From: Ignavibacteriota bacterium
GTDB lineage: Bacteria > Bacteroidota > Ignavibacteria > UBA10030
Assembly: GCA_963727825.1 (NCBI GenBank)
Contig: CAVSHO010000011.1
Location: forward strand, 151,854-215,853
Length of the DNA: 64,000 bases
Direction: 5' to 3'
A model generated the notes under the pieces. The model was not told the origin of the DNA, made no database searches, and saw only the letters and a list, made by a program, of their open reading frames with translations. The translations under genes and the position numbers were made by a program. Shown piece after piece: positions 46,028-57,351 of this stretch. Position 1 is the stretch's first letter. Each line of letters opens with the position of its first letter.

Positions 46028-47407
46028 TTGAGCGCAGAACGAATCTATATTGTTGATGATGAAATAACAATTGCCAAGCTGCTTGAATTGTGGGTCGGGC
46101 ATCGATGGGGGTACTCTGTTGAGGTTTTCCATAATGGAAAAGATTTTTTAGATCGCATAGTAGAGCCTCCTGACCTTGTATTGTTGGACATTATGCTGCC
46201 AGATATAAGTGGTATTGATTTATTGAAAGAGTTCAAGCGACGCTATCCCGAGCTGCCTGTTATCATGCTTTCTGCGCAGGAAAGTATCGAGGTGGCGGTT
46301 AATACTCTTAAACTAGGAGCCGCCGACTATTTTAGTAAACCAATTGACATGCCGAAGCTGGAACTTGCAATAAAAAATTCTCTCAAACTTGCAGCATTAT
46401 CCCGTGAAGTTGAGAATTTGCATGAAAGCGTCGGAACACGTTTGCATTTCGACAATATAGTTTCACAGAGCGGGGAAATGCAAGATGTGTTTAAACTCGT
46501 GAACAAGGTAATGCACATCGATATTTGTGTTCTCATATTAGGCGAAAGTGGCACAGGCAAAGAGCTCGTAGCTCGTGCAATTCATTATAACAGCGACCGC
46601 CGAAGTGGTCCATTTGTAGTCGTGAATTGCGCTTCAATTCCTCACGACTTATTAGAAAGCGAACTCTTCGGGCATGAGAAGGGTTCATTTACCGGCGCAA
46701 TTCAGCGGCGAATTGGAAAATTTGAGCAGGCGAATGGAGGTACAATATTTTTAGATGAGATCGGCGAACTTGATCAAAGCCTGCAATCAAAAATACTCCG
46801 TGTTATCCAGGAAAAACAATTTGATCGAGTAGGAGGAAGTGAGACAATCACAACCGATGCACGACTTATTTTTGCTACACACCGCGATCTTTGGGAAGAA
46901 GTGAAACAGAAGAATTTCCGCGAAGATTTATACTTCCGTATTTCGACATTTCCGATTATGCTTCCTCCTCTCCGCCAGCGGAAATCGGATATTCTTTTGC
47001 TTGCAGACCATTTTATAAAAAAACTTGGGGAGGAACTCGGGAAGCCAAATATTCAATTTTCACGCAAAGCTCTCGACTTGCTCTACAACTATCCATGGCC
47101 AGGCAACGTGCGCGAATTAGAAAATGTAATTCAACGCGGTTTGGTCTTGACAGACGGACAGATATTTAGCGAGCGAGAATTACCGATCTTTATTCAGTCT
47201 TATGGTTCTGCTGAAACAGACATCAAACAAAATTCAATCTTCCAAGAGAGCCAGGATTCAATCATTTCATTCGAGAAAATTAAAGAAACCGCTATCCGAC
47301 AAGCTTTGAAAAATACAAACGGGAATATAGCAGAAGCTGCAAAGAAATTAAAAATCGGCCGTGCTACTCTTTATCGGCTCGTAGAAAAATACAAAATTCA
47401 AATTTGA
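46028..47407 (+). CDS. NtrC-family sigma54-dependent response regulator (REC-AAA+-Fis HTH)
   Basis: REC domain (IYIVDDE..LVLLDIMLPD..KP). AAA+ domain with GESGTGKELVARAIH, GSFTGA (the GAFTGA loop) and IFLDEIGEL. C-terminal HTH NGNIAEAAKKLKIGRATLYRLVEKY. TTG start. Confidence 0.92.
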   Translation: MSAERIYIVDDEITIAKLLELWVGHRWGYSVEVFHNGKDFLDRIVEPPDLVLLDIMLPDISGIDLLKEFKRRYPELPVIMLSAQESIEVAVNTLKLGAADYFSKPIDMPKLELAIKNSLKLAALSREVENLHESVGTRLHFDNIVSQSGEMQDVFKLVNKVMHIDICVLILGESGTGKELVARAIHYNSDRRSGPFVVVNCASIPHDLLESELFGHEKGSFTGAIQRRIGKFEQANGGTIFLDEIGELDQSLQSKILRVIQEKQFDRVGGSETITTDARLIFATHRDLWEEVKQKNFREDLYFRISTFPIMLPPLRQRKSDILLLADHFIKKLGEELGKPNIQFSRKALDLLYNYPWPGNVRELENVIQRGLVLTDGQIFSERELPIFIQSYGSAETDIKQNSIFQESQDSIISFEKIKETAIRQALKNTNGNIAEAAKKLKIGRATLYRLVEKYKIQI

Positions 47408-47722
47408 TAAATATCCTTTTAGCTGATCTTTAATTATCCTTACTCCCGCTTGCGTTCTAATTTATTGTTGTGAATTCCCTACCCGTCGCATGCTTACTGT
47501 TTTCACAAAGCGATTTCTATACAACTTATTAATTTCACTACAAGTTTTTAGGTATTAAATCGAAATGGAATAGATCCAATTTGTGTTATTTGCCAACTTT
47601 ATGAGAAATAGTGATTCTATTTATACGTTCAAAATAAAACCCCGACTATTTTTATCAGCCGAGGTTATTAAATGAAATTGTATAATCTTAATTAATCTGT
47701 ACTAACATAGGAATACAAAGAA

Positions 47723-49181
47723 TTACGCAATATATGTTGATGATGATGTATCACCACCGCGTCCCGTCCAGTTAGTATGAAAGAATTCTCCACGGGGTTT
47801 ATCAATGTGCTCATAAGTATGAGCACCGAAGTAATCGCGCTGGGCTTGCAATAGATTTGCAGGAAGCCGCTTTTGGCGATAGCCATCGTAAAATGCCAAC
47901 GAAGAACTCATAGATGGCATAGGAATTCCAATTTGAGCCGCTGTCGCAACAATCTTCCGCCAAGATTCCTGGCAGCTCGTCATTACCTTTTTGAAGTACG
48001 GATCGAGAAGAAGATTTGTGAGGTTTGGATTCTTGTCATAAGCATTTTTAATTTTTCCAAGGAATGTACTACGAATAATACATCCGCCGCGCCAAAGAAG
48101 GGCGATACCTCCATAATTAAGATCCCAATTATATTCCTTGGCAGCTTCCTTCATTAACATATATCCTTGCGCATATGAAGTTAGCTTAGAGGCATACATT
48201 GCCTTTCGGATATCTTCAATAAATTTCTTCTTATTGCCAATGATTTTATTCTTTTTAGGCCCTTTCAAAATCTTTGAAGCGATGATGCGTTCATCTTTAA
48301 TAGCAGAGAGACAACGCGCAAAGACAGCTTCTGAAACCATGGTCATGGGAATGCCAAGATCAAGAGCTGCAACACTTGTCCATTTGCCTGTTCCTTTTTG
48401 ACCAGCACTATCGAGAATAGAATCGACGACATATTTATTCTTTTCATCTTTATAGTTGAGAATGTCTCGAGTGATTTCGATAAGATAGGACTTCAATTCG
48501 CCCTCGTTCCACTCTTTAAAAACCTCATACATTTCTTTATTGCTCATGCCCAGACCATCTTTCATCATCTGATAACATTCACAAATAAGTTGCATATCAC
48601 CATACTCAATACCGTTGTGAACCATCTTTACAAAATGACCGGCTCCATCGTTTCCAACCCAATCGCAACAAGGTGTACCATCTTCAACTTTTGCAGCGAT
48701 CGCTTGAAAAATGGGCTTTACAGATGGCCAGGCCGCTGCCGAACCGCCAGGCATAATGGACGGGCCTTTTAACGCACCTTCTTCACCTCCGGAAACACCG
48801 GTGCCAATAAACAATAATCCCTTACTTTCTAAGTACTTTGTTCTTCTTATGGTATCGGGAAAATGTGAATTACCGCCGTCGATAATTATATCACCGGGCT
48901 CAAGGAAAGGAATTAACTTATCAATGAATTCATCGACTGCTTTGCCCGCTTTCACCATAAGCATTGCTTTGCGCGGACGTTTCAACGATGCTACAAATGC
49001 TTGTATTGAATGCGTACCAATGAATTTTTTTCCGGCGCCGCGTCCCTGAATAAATTTATCCACCTTCTCTATCGTACGATTAAACACTGAAACAGTGAAA
49101 CCACGGCTTTCGACGTTGAGCACGAGATTCTCACCCATTACCGCTAAACCGATTAATCCGAAATCCGCTTTTATGTTCCAT
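47723..49181 (-). CDS. gnd: 6-phosphogluconate dehydrogenase (decarboxylating); 5' end frameshifted at an A4 run in this assembly
   Basis: The body is strongly Gnd-like (GNSHFPDT, GTGVSGGEEGA, HNGIEYGDMQLI). The track ORF starts at MGENL, inside the Rossmann GLIGLAVMG motif. The upstream ATG at 49179-49181 gives MEHK, and deleting one A of AAAA (49169-49172) yields MEHKADFGLIGLAVMGENL. Confidence 0.9.
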
Positions 49182-49235
49182 TTTTGTTCGTCCTCTATTA
49201 TTTATGAAACTATTATTTCGATTTCCTCGAATTAA

Positions 49236-50504
49236 TTAAATCGATCTCCGATACGCCCACAGACCAAGTGCGGGATTTGAAATATAAAAAATCTTTTCTC
49301 CATCCGGCATCGTATTAAAACCGTCTTTCAATTTTTCCGGATTGTATTTTTTTATCATTTCATCAAGATCTGCATATTTGAAATTGACATTCTCAATTTC
49401 CTGCTTCGTTAGATGACCCGGACAATAAGTAATGGAGAACCGATCTTCAGAAGATCCATGAATCAAATGTGCAGCTGCACCGAGATTGTTTTTCAGATCA
49501 TCAGAAGTTCTAACGAGTTCTAATACTTTGGTGTGCCAACATAGCCATATTTACGAATGAGGACATCGATTTGCTTATCTTCTCCAAATTCTTTCAGTGC
49601 AGGAGCCACCACAATAAGCTCTCCGCGATCTGCTATGGCCATACGAGTTCGATAGATACTCTTGTTGCCAAGCCATGTGCTTTTAAATTCTGAAGGATCC
49701 AAAAAAACAATAACTTTCTTCAATGGCTCTTCGACCATTTGGAAATTCACCTTGAGCGATAACGCAGCTGCAAGATTGAAGCATTCTATATCATCTCCAA
49801 TATAGAGACCACGAACTTTCAACTGCCCATCTGCCCCAGCCGATACTACTGTCTGAATATAAATGATTGGCAGGTGCTTTGCAAAATGATCTGAGGCATA
49901 ATTATAGACACGCCGGACAGGATTGTCCGCACGTCCCATGATGCGCTCCATTCCATAAACAGCGCCGAGAAAATGACTTTTATTGATACCTTCTGGTCCA
50001 CCGGTTCCCACAAGAATATTTTTGTTGTAATTTGCCATACCGATAACTTCGTGAGGAACCACCTGGCCAAGCGATAATATCAGATCAAAATTCCCTTCTA
50101 CAAGAAGTTTATTAACCTGCGCCTTCCATGCGTAATCCAACTTGCCTTCAGATTGTTGATAAATAAAATCAGAAGGGACTTCACCCAATGTGACGACATC
50201 TTTCCGCCAATCGTGCACTCGAAAAAGATTCAAAGGAGTATTGCCGAACATCGTCTTAATATCTTTTTCGGTCATGGCAGTATGCGTACCAAGCGCTGGA
50301 AGAATATCGGTAAGTTTTTCTTTGTAATATTCCCAAGTGAGTCGTGTCAGTACGCCCGCATGCGAATGAAATCGAGTAAAATCAGGCGGAATGGCTAAAA
50401 CTTTTTTCTTCTCACCTAATTTTTCAAATGCTTCAACAAGACCTGTTTCTTAGATCTTCTTCATCGAGAACATCATTTTCAGAACCGCGCTTATAAAGGA
50501 GCAT
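49236..50504 (-). CDS. LarA-like (lactate racemase family, DUF2088 N-domain) protein, broken by two compensating 1-nt indels
   Basis: Three collinear ORF pieces: MLLYKRGSENDVLDEEDL / ETGLVEAFEKLGEKKKVLAIPPDFTRFHSH...GTHTAMTEKD...GQVVPHEVIGMANYNKNILVGTGG... / ...VLELVRTSDDLKNNLGAAAHLIHG.... The indels lie near 50448-50450 and at the T3 run 49527-49529. Total length is 1269 nt = 423 codons. Confidence 0.65.
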
Positions 50505-50596
50505 AAAGCAATATCCTTTTTACCATCTACTTATAAAACAGAGGAACGCCATTGTTAGTTCACCAATGACGTTTCTTCTCTATTCTCCAGTAATAA

Positions 50597-51676
50597 TTAA
50601 CGCTGAATTCGAGCCGATCCGCCTTTAGCAAATGCTTTCACTTGATCAAGAGTTACCATAGTTGTATCACCTGGAGTCGTCGTCAACATTGCTCCATGAG
50701 CCCAGCCAAGATTGACTGCTTCTTGCGGTTGTTCACCTGATAATAGACCATAGAAAAATCCAGCAGCATAACCATCGCCACCACCCACACGATCGAAAAC
50801 ATCCAATTCAGCAGTCGGAGATTGATAGGTTTTTCCATCAACCCATGCTACCGCTGCCCAGCTATGACGATTTGTGGAATGTACTTCACGTAAAGTAGTT
50901 GCGACTGCTTTCACATTAGGATGTTTCTTCACAACGAGGTCAATCATTTTAAAGAATGCAGTTGGGTCGAGGTTGGACTTTGATTCTACGTCTTGACCTT
51001 GAATGCCTAATCCCTTTTGCAGATCTTCTTCATTACCGACAAGCACATCAACATTTTCTACAATCTTTGCGATAACTTCAGCTGCTTTTTTTTCACCGCC
51101 CCAAATATTCCAGAGTTTAGCACGGAAATTCAGATCGAAACTCGTAACAGCGCCAGCTTTCTTAGCCGCCTTCATTCCCTCGATAATAACCTGGCCGGTG
51201 GATTCGGAAAGGGCAGCAAAAATTCCACCACTGTGGAACCAGCGTACGCCTCCAGTAAAAATTTCGTCCCAATTAAAATCACCTGGCTTCAGCAAAGAAC
51301 CGGCTTCGTTTGAGCGATTATAAAATACAACAGGCGGACGCACACTATGGCCTTGATCGCTGTACACGGTCGCCATATTGGGACCGTTCACACCATTATG
51401 TCTAAACTTTTTATAAAACGGTTTTACACCCATCGCACGCACACGCTCGTTGATTAGATCTCCTATTGGATAATCAACCATTGCCGACACGATAGCTGTT
51501 TTCATTCCAAAGCAATCAGATAAGTTTGCAGCAACATTGAACTCGCCGCCGCTGACATGAATTTTACATTCTGATGCTTTCCGGAAAGGAATAATGCCAG
51601 GATCCAACCGATGCACCAAAGCACCGAGAGAAACCAAATCTAACGCACCATCTTTCTTTACATTCAATCCACTCAT
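50597..51676 (-). CDS. kdgK: PfkB-family sugar kinase, 2-dehydro-3-deoxygluconokinase-like
   Basis: PfkB motifs (GGEFNVAANL; DRVGGGDGYAAGFFYGLL), the ~360-aa long KDG-kinase form, and a sugar-acid catabolism neighbourhood. Confidence 0.65.
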   Translation of the reverse strand: MSGLNVKKDGALDLVSLGALVHRLDPGIIPFRKASECKIHVSGGEFNVAANLSDCFGMKTAIVSAMVDYPIGDLINERVRAMGVKPFYKKFRHNGVNGPNMATVYSDQGHSVRPPVVFYNRSNEAGSLLKPGDFNWDEIFTGGVRWFHSGGIFAALSESTGQVIIEGMKAAKKAGAVTSFDLNFRAKLWNIWGGEKKAAEVIAKIVENVDVLVGNEEDLQKGLGIQGQDVESKSNLDPTAFFKMIDLVVKKHPNVKAVATTLREVHSTNRHSWAAVAWVDGKTYQSPTAELDVFDRVGGGDGYAAGFFYGLLSGEQPQEAVNLGWAHGAMLTTTPGDTTMVTLDQVKAFAKGGSARIQR

Positions 51677-51706
51677 TATTTGCTCCTTTATCTCTTATTC
51701 AAGTCT

Positions 51707-52540
51707 CTATACGCCTGCATACGCCGAGAAACCACCATCAATTGGCAGAATTATGCCGGTGACAAATTTCGATGCCGGCGACAAGAGCCACAACATTCCG
51801 CCTAACAAGTCATCAGGTACGCCAAAACGTCCCGCTGGCGTATGATCCAGGATTTTCTTGCCGCGTGCGGTCAATTCGCCTGTTGCTTTATCAGTTAATA
51901 AAAAACGATTTTGTTCTGTGAGAAAGAAACCTGGAGCGATAGCATTCACGCGGATATTCGGTGTATATTCCTGAGCAATATGGACAGCCAGCCATTGCGT
52001 AAAATTACTGATGGCAGCTTTTGCTGCAGAGTATGCAGGGATTCGCGTTAATGGACGGAAAGCATTCATGGAAGAAACATTTAAAATAATACCTTCCTCC
52101 TGTGCAACCATAGCTTTCCCAAAGACTTGGCTGGGAATAATTGCTCCAAGTAAATTGAGATTAGCAACAAACTGAATTGCTTCAGATGGAATATCAAAGA
52201 ATGACATCTCTGCACTGGTCGTTGCCTTTGGATTATTTCCACCAGCACCGTTGATCAGAATATCTACTTTTCCATATTCTGCAAATGTTTTATCGGCAGC
52301 TTCTTGCACCTTTACTTTATCAAGCACATCAATAAAAATCGCTTTATGCTTACCTATAGTACCGCTTAAAGACTTAAGCGTTTTTTCACCAAGCGACATC
52401 TCCCGATCGAGAATAACGACATTCGCATTGCATCCAGCAAGACAGCGTGCCATTTCGCTGCAGAGTACACCTCCGCCACCGGTGATTGCAACAGTCTTTC
52501 CTGTAAAATCATAAGCTTTTGTTAATTCCTGCGAATTCAT
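51707..52540 (-). CDS. SDR-family oxidoreductase (KduD/UxuB-like context)
   Basis: TGGGGVLC cofactor motif, NGAGGN, and catalytic YSAAKAA. Start chosen at MNSQEL (AAGGA 7 nt upstream); the track ORF runs to 52555. Confidence 0.8.
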   Translation of the reverse strand: MNSQELTKAYDFTGKTVAITGGGGVLCSEMARCLAGCNANVVILDREMSLGEKTLKSLSGTIGKHKAIFIDVLDKVKVQEAADKTFAEYGKVDILINGAGGNNPKATTSAEMSFFDIPSEAIQFVANLNLLGAIIPSQVFGKAMVAQEEGIILNVSSMNAFRPLTRIPAYSAAKAAISNFTQWLAVHIAQEYTPNIRVNAIAPGFFLTEQNRFLLTDKATGELTARGKKILDHTPAGRFGVPDDLLGGMLWLLSPASKFVTGIILPIDGGFSAYAGV

Positions 52541-52608
52541 TGTTATTCCTTTCAATTAAAATTTCATTTGGCTCTTTTTCAATAATCGAATCGCTATAAG
52601 TTTAAATA

Positions 52609-53964
52609 TCATAAATCAGTGATTGGTTTATGTCGTGGAACCAGTATTTTCATGAAACCCCATGCAGTCACATACGATAACGCACAAACAACGAACATAA
52701 TCATATATGCTGTCTGTGGTGTTCCAATATAAAAATCTGTTAATCTACCCGCTAATAATTGAATAACAACACCACCTATTCCACCTGCCATTGTACCAAT
52801 ACCAGTAATAGAAGCTACAGCTTTTTTAGGGAACATATCAGATACGGTTGTAAATAAATTAGCAGACCATGCTTGATGGGCAGCCGCACCTATGCAAATG
52901 ATTGCCACGGCTAAATACATTGCCATTCCGCCAAAATGTTCTACATTGCCAAAATACTGTGTCAATAAAACAATAAGTGGAAACAGGGCAATTATTATCA
53001 TAGTAGTCATTCGTGCCTTATAGATATGCATTCCTTTATTCATAAATATCATAGGAATACCGCCGCCGTATACGCTTCCAATAATTGAAATTCCATAGAC
53101 AATAAAAGTAGGCCACTTTACTTCTGCCGGAGTCATTCCAAACTGTTTGATCAGATAATCCGGCAGCCAAAACAAATAGAACCACCAAACACCATCGGTA
53201 AGAAATTTGCCGAAAAAGAAAGACCATGTCTGGCGATAACTGAATAGCCTTCCCCATGGAACATGGGTACTGTCTTCTACTAATTTATCTGTTCCCTCGT
53301 CCGATGAATGGATATATTCGTACTCAGGTTTTAATAACTTTTTATGTTTTGAAGGAATTTCGTATAGCCAAAACCAGAAAATTAGCCATAAAAGTCCTAT
53401 TGCACCTGTAACTATAAATGATATTTTCCAGCCAGCTTGATCGCCGTAAGTTACCATAATCCATGGTATTAACAATGCTGCAATCATAGCACCCATATTT
53501 GACCCGCTGTTAAAAATACCAAATGCAAGCGCTCGTTCTTTTTTGGGAAACCATTCAGCGACGGTTTTATTAGAAGCAGGGAAATTACCTGCCTCACCAA
53601 CCGCGAATATACTCCTAATAAATACATGCACTGCAATAGTGGCACCCGCAAAAGCATTAGCTATACCTGCGAACGACCAAACTATCAAGGACCAAGCTAA
53701 TCCAAGCTTTGTTCCTATTTTATCAATTAATCGACCTGCCCCAATCGTCATTCCGGCGTAAAAAGCCGTAAAGAATGCCGTAAGGTATGAAAAATCTGTA
53801 TTGGTCCATCCGAAACCACCCGACTCAACCGATTTACAATAGAACGGTTTTAAATAACTGATTACCTGACGATCCATATAATTGATAGTCGTTGCAAAAA
53901 ACAAAAGTGCACAGATCACCCACCGATAATTGCCAATTTTCATCTTCATATCATCTGTCATCAT
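52609..53964 (-). CDS. MFS transporter, hexuronate/ACS-family type
   Basis: About 12 TM segments. The N-terminal YRWVICALLFFATTINYMDRQVIS is typical of ExuT-like anion:cation symporters. Confidence 0.75.
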   Translation of the reverse strand: MMTDDMKMKIGNYRWVICALLFFATTINYMDRQVISYLKPFYCKSVESGGFGWTNTDFSYLTAFFTAFYAGMTIGAGRLIDKIGTKLGLAWSLIVWSFAGIANAFAGATIAVHVFIRSIFAVGEAGNFPASNKTVAEWFPKKERALAFGIFNSGSNMGAMIAALLIPWIMVTYGDQAGWKISFIVTGAIGLLWLIFWFWLYEIPSKHKKLLKPEYEYIHSSDEGTDKLVEDSTHVPWGRLFSYRQTWSFFFGKFLTDGVWWFYLFWLPDYLIKQFGMTPAEVKWPTFIVYGISIIGSVYGGGIPMIFMNKGMHIYKARMTTMIIIALFPLIVLLTQYFGNVEHFGGMAMYLAVAIICIGAAAHQAWSANLFTTVSDMFPKKAVASITGIGTMAGGIGGVVIQLLAGRLTDFYIGTPQTAYMIMFVVCALSYVTAWGFMKILVPRHKPITDL

Positions 53965-54251
53965 TTTGTCCTTTTTAAATTCATTTGATTTATTATGAAA
54001 GTAGCTGATTTGCTTATTTGAATGCTAAAAATTTTTAGTTCTTTTTTTTCTGTGTTTGTTAATATAGTATAGATTTCTTGATTTTTCCAGAATTCTAATA
54101 CTTTATATCCAAATATTTCCCTTCACTTTGTTTTCTATTAAACTAAAACATGATCCTTATTGCTCGGTTTGCATTTACTTTGCTTTTACTGTATTTTTCC
54201 AATGTTATGTAAATAATTATATTCAATCAGTATCATACATACAAACCATCA

Positions 54252-55604
54252 ATGACACGAACCTTTTTTCTTCTATCAATACTTTTCTATACAATATCTT
54301 TCAGTCAGTTTGGAGAAGATATGCATAGATCATCTCTAAGCTTTTTTAATCCAATTACCTTCGAAGCTGTTCCATATTGGAGTGAGGACACAACATCTAT
54401 CGAACTTGCAGTTTTTTACCGGATTAATCCAGATATATTCTTTTTTGCTAAAACATACGCTGGACAGAACGAGGCATATGAGGCAAAGGGTGAATTAGTA
54501 TTTGAAGTTTTTGATGAAAAAGATGTTGCCATTACACATAACTTTCGGCCTTTAAGGATCGAACGAAATTCGCTTCCAGCAGAAGGTGTTTCATTTTCAG
54601 AAGAATTACAAGGAACGCTTACATTTAAATTGAAAAAAGGATTGTATAAAATTTTTGTAGAGACAAAAGACAGCGAATCCGGTAAATTATTTATTAATCG
54701 CGATACGAAAATTGATGCTCGAGCTTTTTCTTCCGATTTAAACTCATCCCCTGCGATTTTTGTTGAGCCGATATCACTCGATACTTCTATAAACAATCGA
54801 CTAACTTTCTTTCCGATTAATCGTGGAGGCAATGTTATTATAGGTCAAGCTGGAGGGTGTCTGATTCAGGTTATATCACCGGACACGAAAACGGCTATCC
54901 ATCTCTCGTGGAAAGTGAACAGTAAAAACGAAAGTGATGAAAATATTCCGCAAGAATTACACGGTGAAAAATACATTCAGCAAAGCGGCATGCCTGTTAT
55001 AATGGAGAATTCAAATCGCAATTCAATTACCACAAAAAGGGATTCGGAACGCAGCCGATTAATCTTTATTCCTTTTGCAATTGAACGATTAGAGACAGGC
55101 AAATATCAAATGACCGTAAAGATAACACAAGGATCGTTAAAGTTGACAAAGGATTTCTTTTTCAACATTATCTGGCCATCGAAACCACATTCTCTCTCAG
55201 ACTTTAAGCTGGCTGTCGAGGCGGTACGCTACATTGCGACAGAAGGAGAAATTGATAGTATGACGGCTTTCAGTTCCAGTAAATCGATGAATGCTTTCAG
55301 AACATTCTGGTACAAGCACAATCCGGATACAACGCGTGCTTTTAATCCTGCTATGGCAGAGTATTATCGCAGAGTCGATGAAACGATCAAGCGATTTTCT
55401 TCGGCTAACGAAATGGATGGCTATAGAACAGATCGTGGACGAATTTATATTTTATTCGGTTCACCATCCATCGCAAATCGTTTGTTGAAACCTAATTCCG
55501 CGCCTACAGAAATTTGGACCTACGAAAAGCTTAAAAAAAGATTTACTTTTACAGACGAGAAGAAAACAGGAAACTATGTTTTAATTAAAATGGAGAAATA
55601 TTGA
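54252..55604 (+). CDS. GWxTD-domain protein
   Basis: The C-terminal MDGYRTDRGRIYILFGSPS...TEIWTYE matches the GWxTD motif (Y in place of W). N-terminal signal-like MTRTFFLLSILFYTISFSQ. Confidence 0.6.
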   Translation: MTRTFFLLSILFYTISFSQFGEDMHRSSLSFFNPITFEAVPYWSEDTTSIELAVFYRINPDIFFFAKTYAGQNEAYEAKGELVFEVFDEKDVAITHNFRPLRIERNSLPAEGVSFSEELQGTLTFKLKKGLYKIFVETKDSESGKLFINRDTKIDARAFSSDLNSSPAIFVEPISLDTSINNRLTFFPINRGGNVIIGQAGGCLIQVISPDTKTAIHLSWKVNSKNESDENIPQELHGEKYIQQSGMPVIMENSNRNSITTKRDSERSRLIFIPFAIERLETGKYQMTVKITQGSLKLTKDFFFNIIWPSKPHSLSDFKLAVEAVRYIATEGEIDSMTAFSSSKSMNAFRTFWYKHNPDTTRAFNPAMAEYYRRVDETIKRFSSANEMDGYRTDRGRIYILFGSPSIANRLLKPNSAPTEIWTYEKLKKRFTFTDEKKTGNYVLIKMEKY

Positions 55605-56605
55605 AACCGATTATAGCTATTACTATTGGCGACTTTAACGGTGTCGGTCCTGAACTCGCAATTAAATCAGCGGTAAATCAATCAGTATTAAAAAACTGTA
55701 CCCCTCTGCTTGTTGGTCCTCTAAGAGTATTTGAACACACTGCAAAGCAATATAAGTTAAAATTTAAATTTGAAAGAGCTACTCTTGCATCACTCCAACG
55801 GCCGTCATCAAATACTACTCCTATTGTTGATGTTGCCGATGGTATCGGTGCAGATATCCAATATGGAATTCCAACTAAAGCTTCCGGAAGATCTGCCGGA
55901 AGCGCCATTGAACGAGCGGTTGAATTGTGCTTGCAAAATAAAGTAGCTGCAATGGTAACTGCACCGGTATCAAAAGAAGCGCTTAATTCTGCTGGTTTCA
56001 ATTTTCCCGGTCAAACAGAAATGATTGCTCTGCTGACGAGTTCACAAAGTGTGGCAATGATGCTGATCTCTGATACAATGCGAGTTGGATTAGTTACAAT
56101 CCATACCGGATTAAAAAACGTCGCGGCGCAAATATCCAAAGAAAAGGTCATTGAGAAGATTTCTATTATCGATAAATCGCTGAAGAAAGACTTCCGTTTA
56201 AAGAAACCAAAACTCGCCATTCTTGCTCTCAATCCGCATGGCGGCGAGAATGGTTTAATTGGAACGGAAGAAAACGAAGTTATTATTCCTGCAATTGCAG
56301 AGTCTCAATCAGCAGGAATTCTTGCCACAGGTCCCTTCCCCGCCGATGCATTTTTTGGCAACAAATTGTATAAAAATTTTGATGTTATTGTGGCAATGTA
56401 CCACGACCAAGGTCTAATTCCGTTAAAGATGAATTCCTTTAGCAAAGGAGTTAACTTTTCAGCAGGACTTAAGATCATACGCACATCGCCTGACCATGGC
56501 ACTGCATATGATATTGCGGGAAAGAATAAAGCTAATATATCTAGTATGCTCGAAGCAATCAAAATAGCATTGACAATATCAAAGAATAGGCGGAAAAATG
56601 ATTGA
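55601..56605 (+). CDS. pdxA: 4-hydroxythreonine-4-phosphate dehydrogenase
   Basis: ITIGDFNGVGPEL, TAPVSKEALNSAGFNFPGQTE, MYHDQGLIPLK and IRTSPDHGTAYDIAGKNKA. TTG start overlapping the upstream stop. Confidence 0.9.
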   Translation: MKPIIAITIGDFNGVGPELAIKSAVNQSVLKNCTPLLVGPLRVFEHTAKQYKLKFKFERATLASLQRPSSNTTPIVDVADGIGADIQYGIPTKASGRSAGSAIERAVELCLQNKVAAMVTAPVSKEALNSAGFNFPGQTEMIALLTSSQSVAMMLISDTMRVGLVTIHTGLKNVAAQISKEKVIEKISIIDKSLKKDFRLKKPKLAILALNPHGGENGLIGTEENEVIIPAIAESQSAGILATGPFPADAFFGNKLYKNFDVIVAMYHDQGLIPLKMNSFSKGVNFSAGLKIIRTSPDHGTAYDIAGKNKANISSMLEAIKIALTISKNRRKND

Positions 56606-57269
56606 TATACAAAACGTTAGTGTTTCATTCGACAACCAGCGTGTACTTGACGGTATAAATTTTTCGATGAAACAGAGCGAGTTTGTCTACTTGGTCGGTC
56701 AAACAGGTATGGGCAAAAGTACTCTAATGCGTTTGATGTATTTTGATTTACTGCCATCTTCGGGCAAAGTAAGAGTTGCTAGTTATGATTCTGCTTCTAT
56801 TACAAGCCGACAGATACCTCGCATACGACGACGGCTTGGAATTGTATTCCAGGACTTTAAATTGCTGGAAGATCGCAATGTGTATGATAACGTTGCATTT
56901 GCATTATTTGTTACGAATGCACAACGCAGCGAAATCAAAAAGAAAGTATTGCATGTTCTTGCCGATGTTGGTATAAGTCATAAGCGTTATCAGATGCCGA
57001 ACGAATTATCCGGTGGCGAACAGCAACGCATAGTTATTGCGCGTGCTCTGGTAAACGAGCCGGTTGTTTTATTAGCAGATGAGCCTACTGGTAATCTTGA
57101 TCCGACATCTTCTGCAGAAATCATGGAACTTCTCACAAAAATCAATATGCGCGGCACCGCCATCCTGATGGCAACTCATAACTATGATCTCGTTAAAAAA
57201 TATCCTGCTAGAGTTGTTCAGCTAAAGGAAGGAAAACTTTTCGAAGTGGAAATGAAAAAAGTGAAATAG
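56598..57269 (+). CDS. ftsE: cell-division ABC ATPase FtsE-like
   Basis: Walker A GQTGMGKST, signature LSGGEQQR, Walker B LLADEPTGNLD. The 223-aa length and FtsE-like N-terminus fit. No adjacent ftsX. Confidence 0.7.
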   Translation: MIDIQNVSVSFDNQRVLDGINFSMKQSEFVYLVGQTGMGKSTLMRLMYFDLLPSSGKVRVASYDSASITSRQIPRIRRRLGIVFQDFKLLEDRNVYDNVAFALFVTNAQRSEIKKKVLHVLADVGISHKRYQMPNELSGGEQQRIVIARALVNEPVVLLADEPTGNLDPTSSAEIMELLTKINMRGTAILMATHNYDLVKKYPARVVQLKEGKLFEVEMKKVK

Positions 57270-57351
57270 AATTTAAAGCCTTTGCGAGATCACAAAGTTT
57301 AACTTAGTTATATTGCGAAAGTGCCATAGATATTTTACAAAAGTTTTTCGG

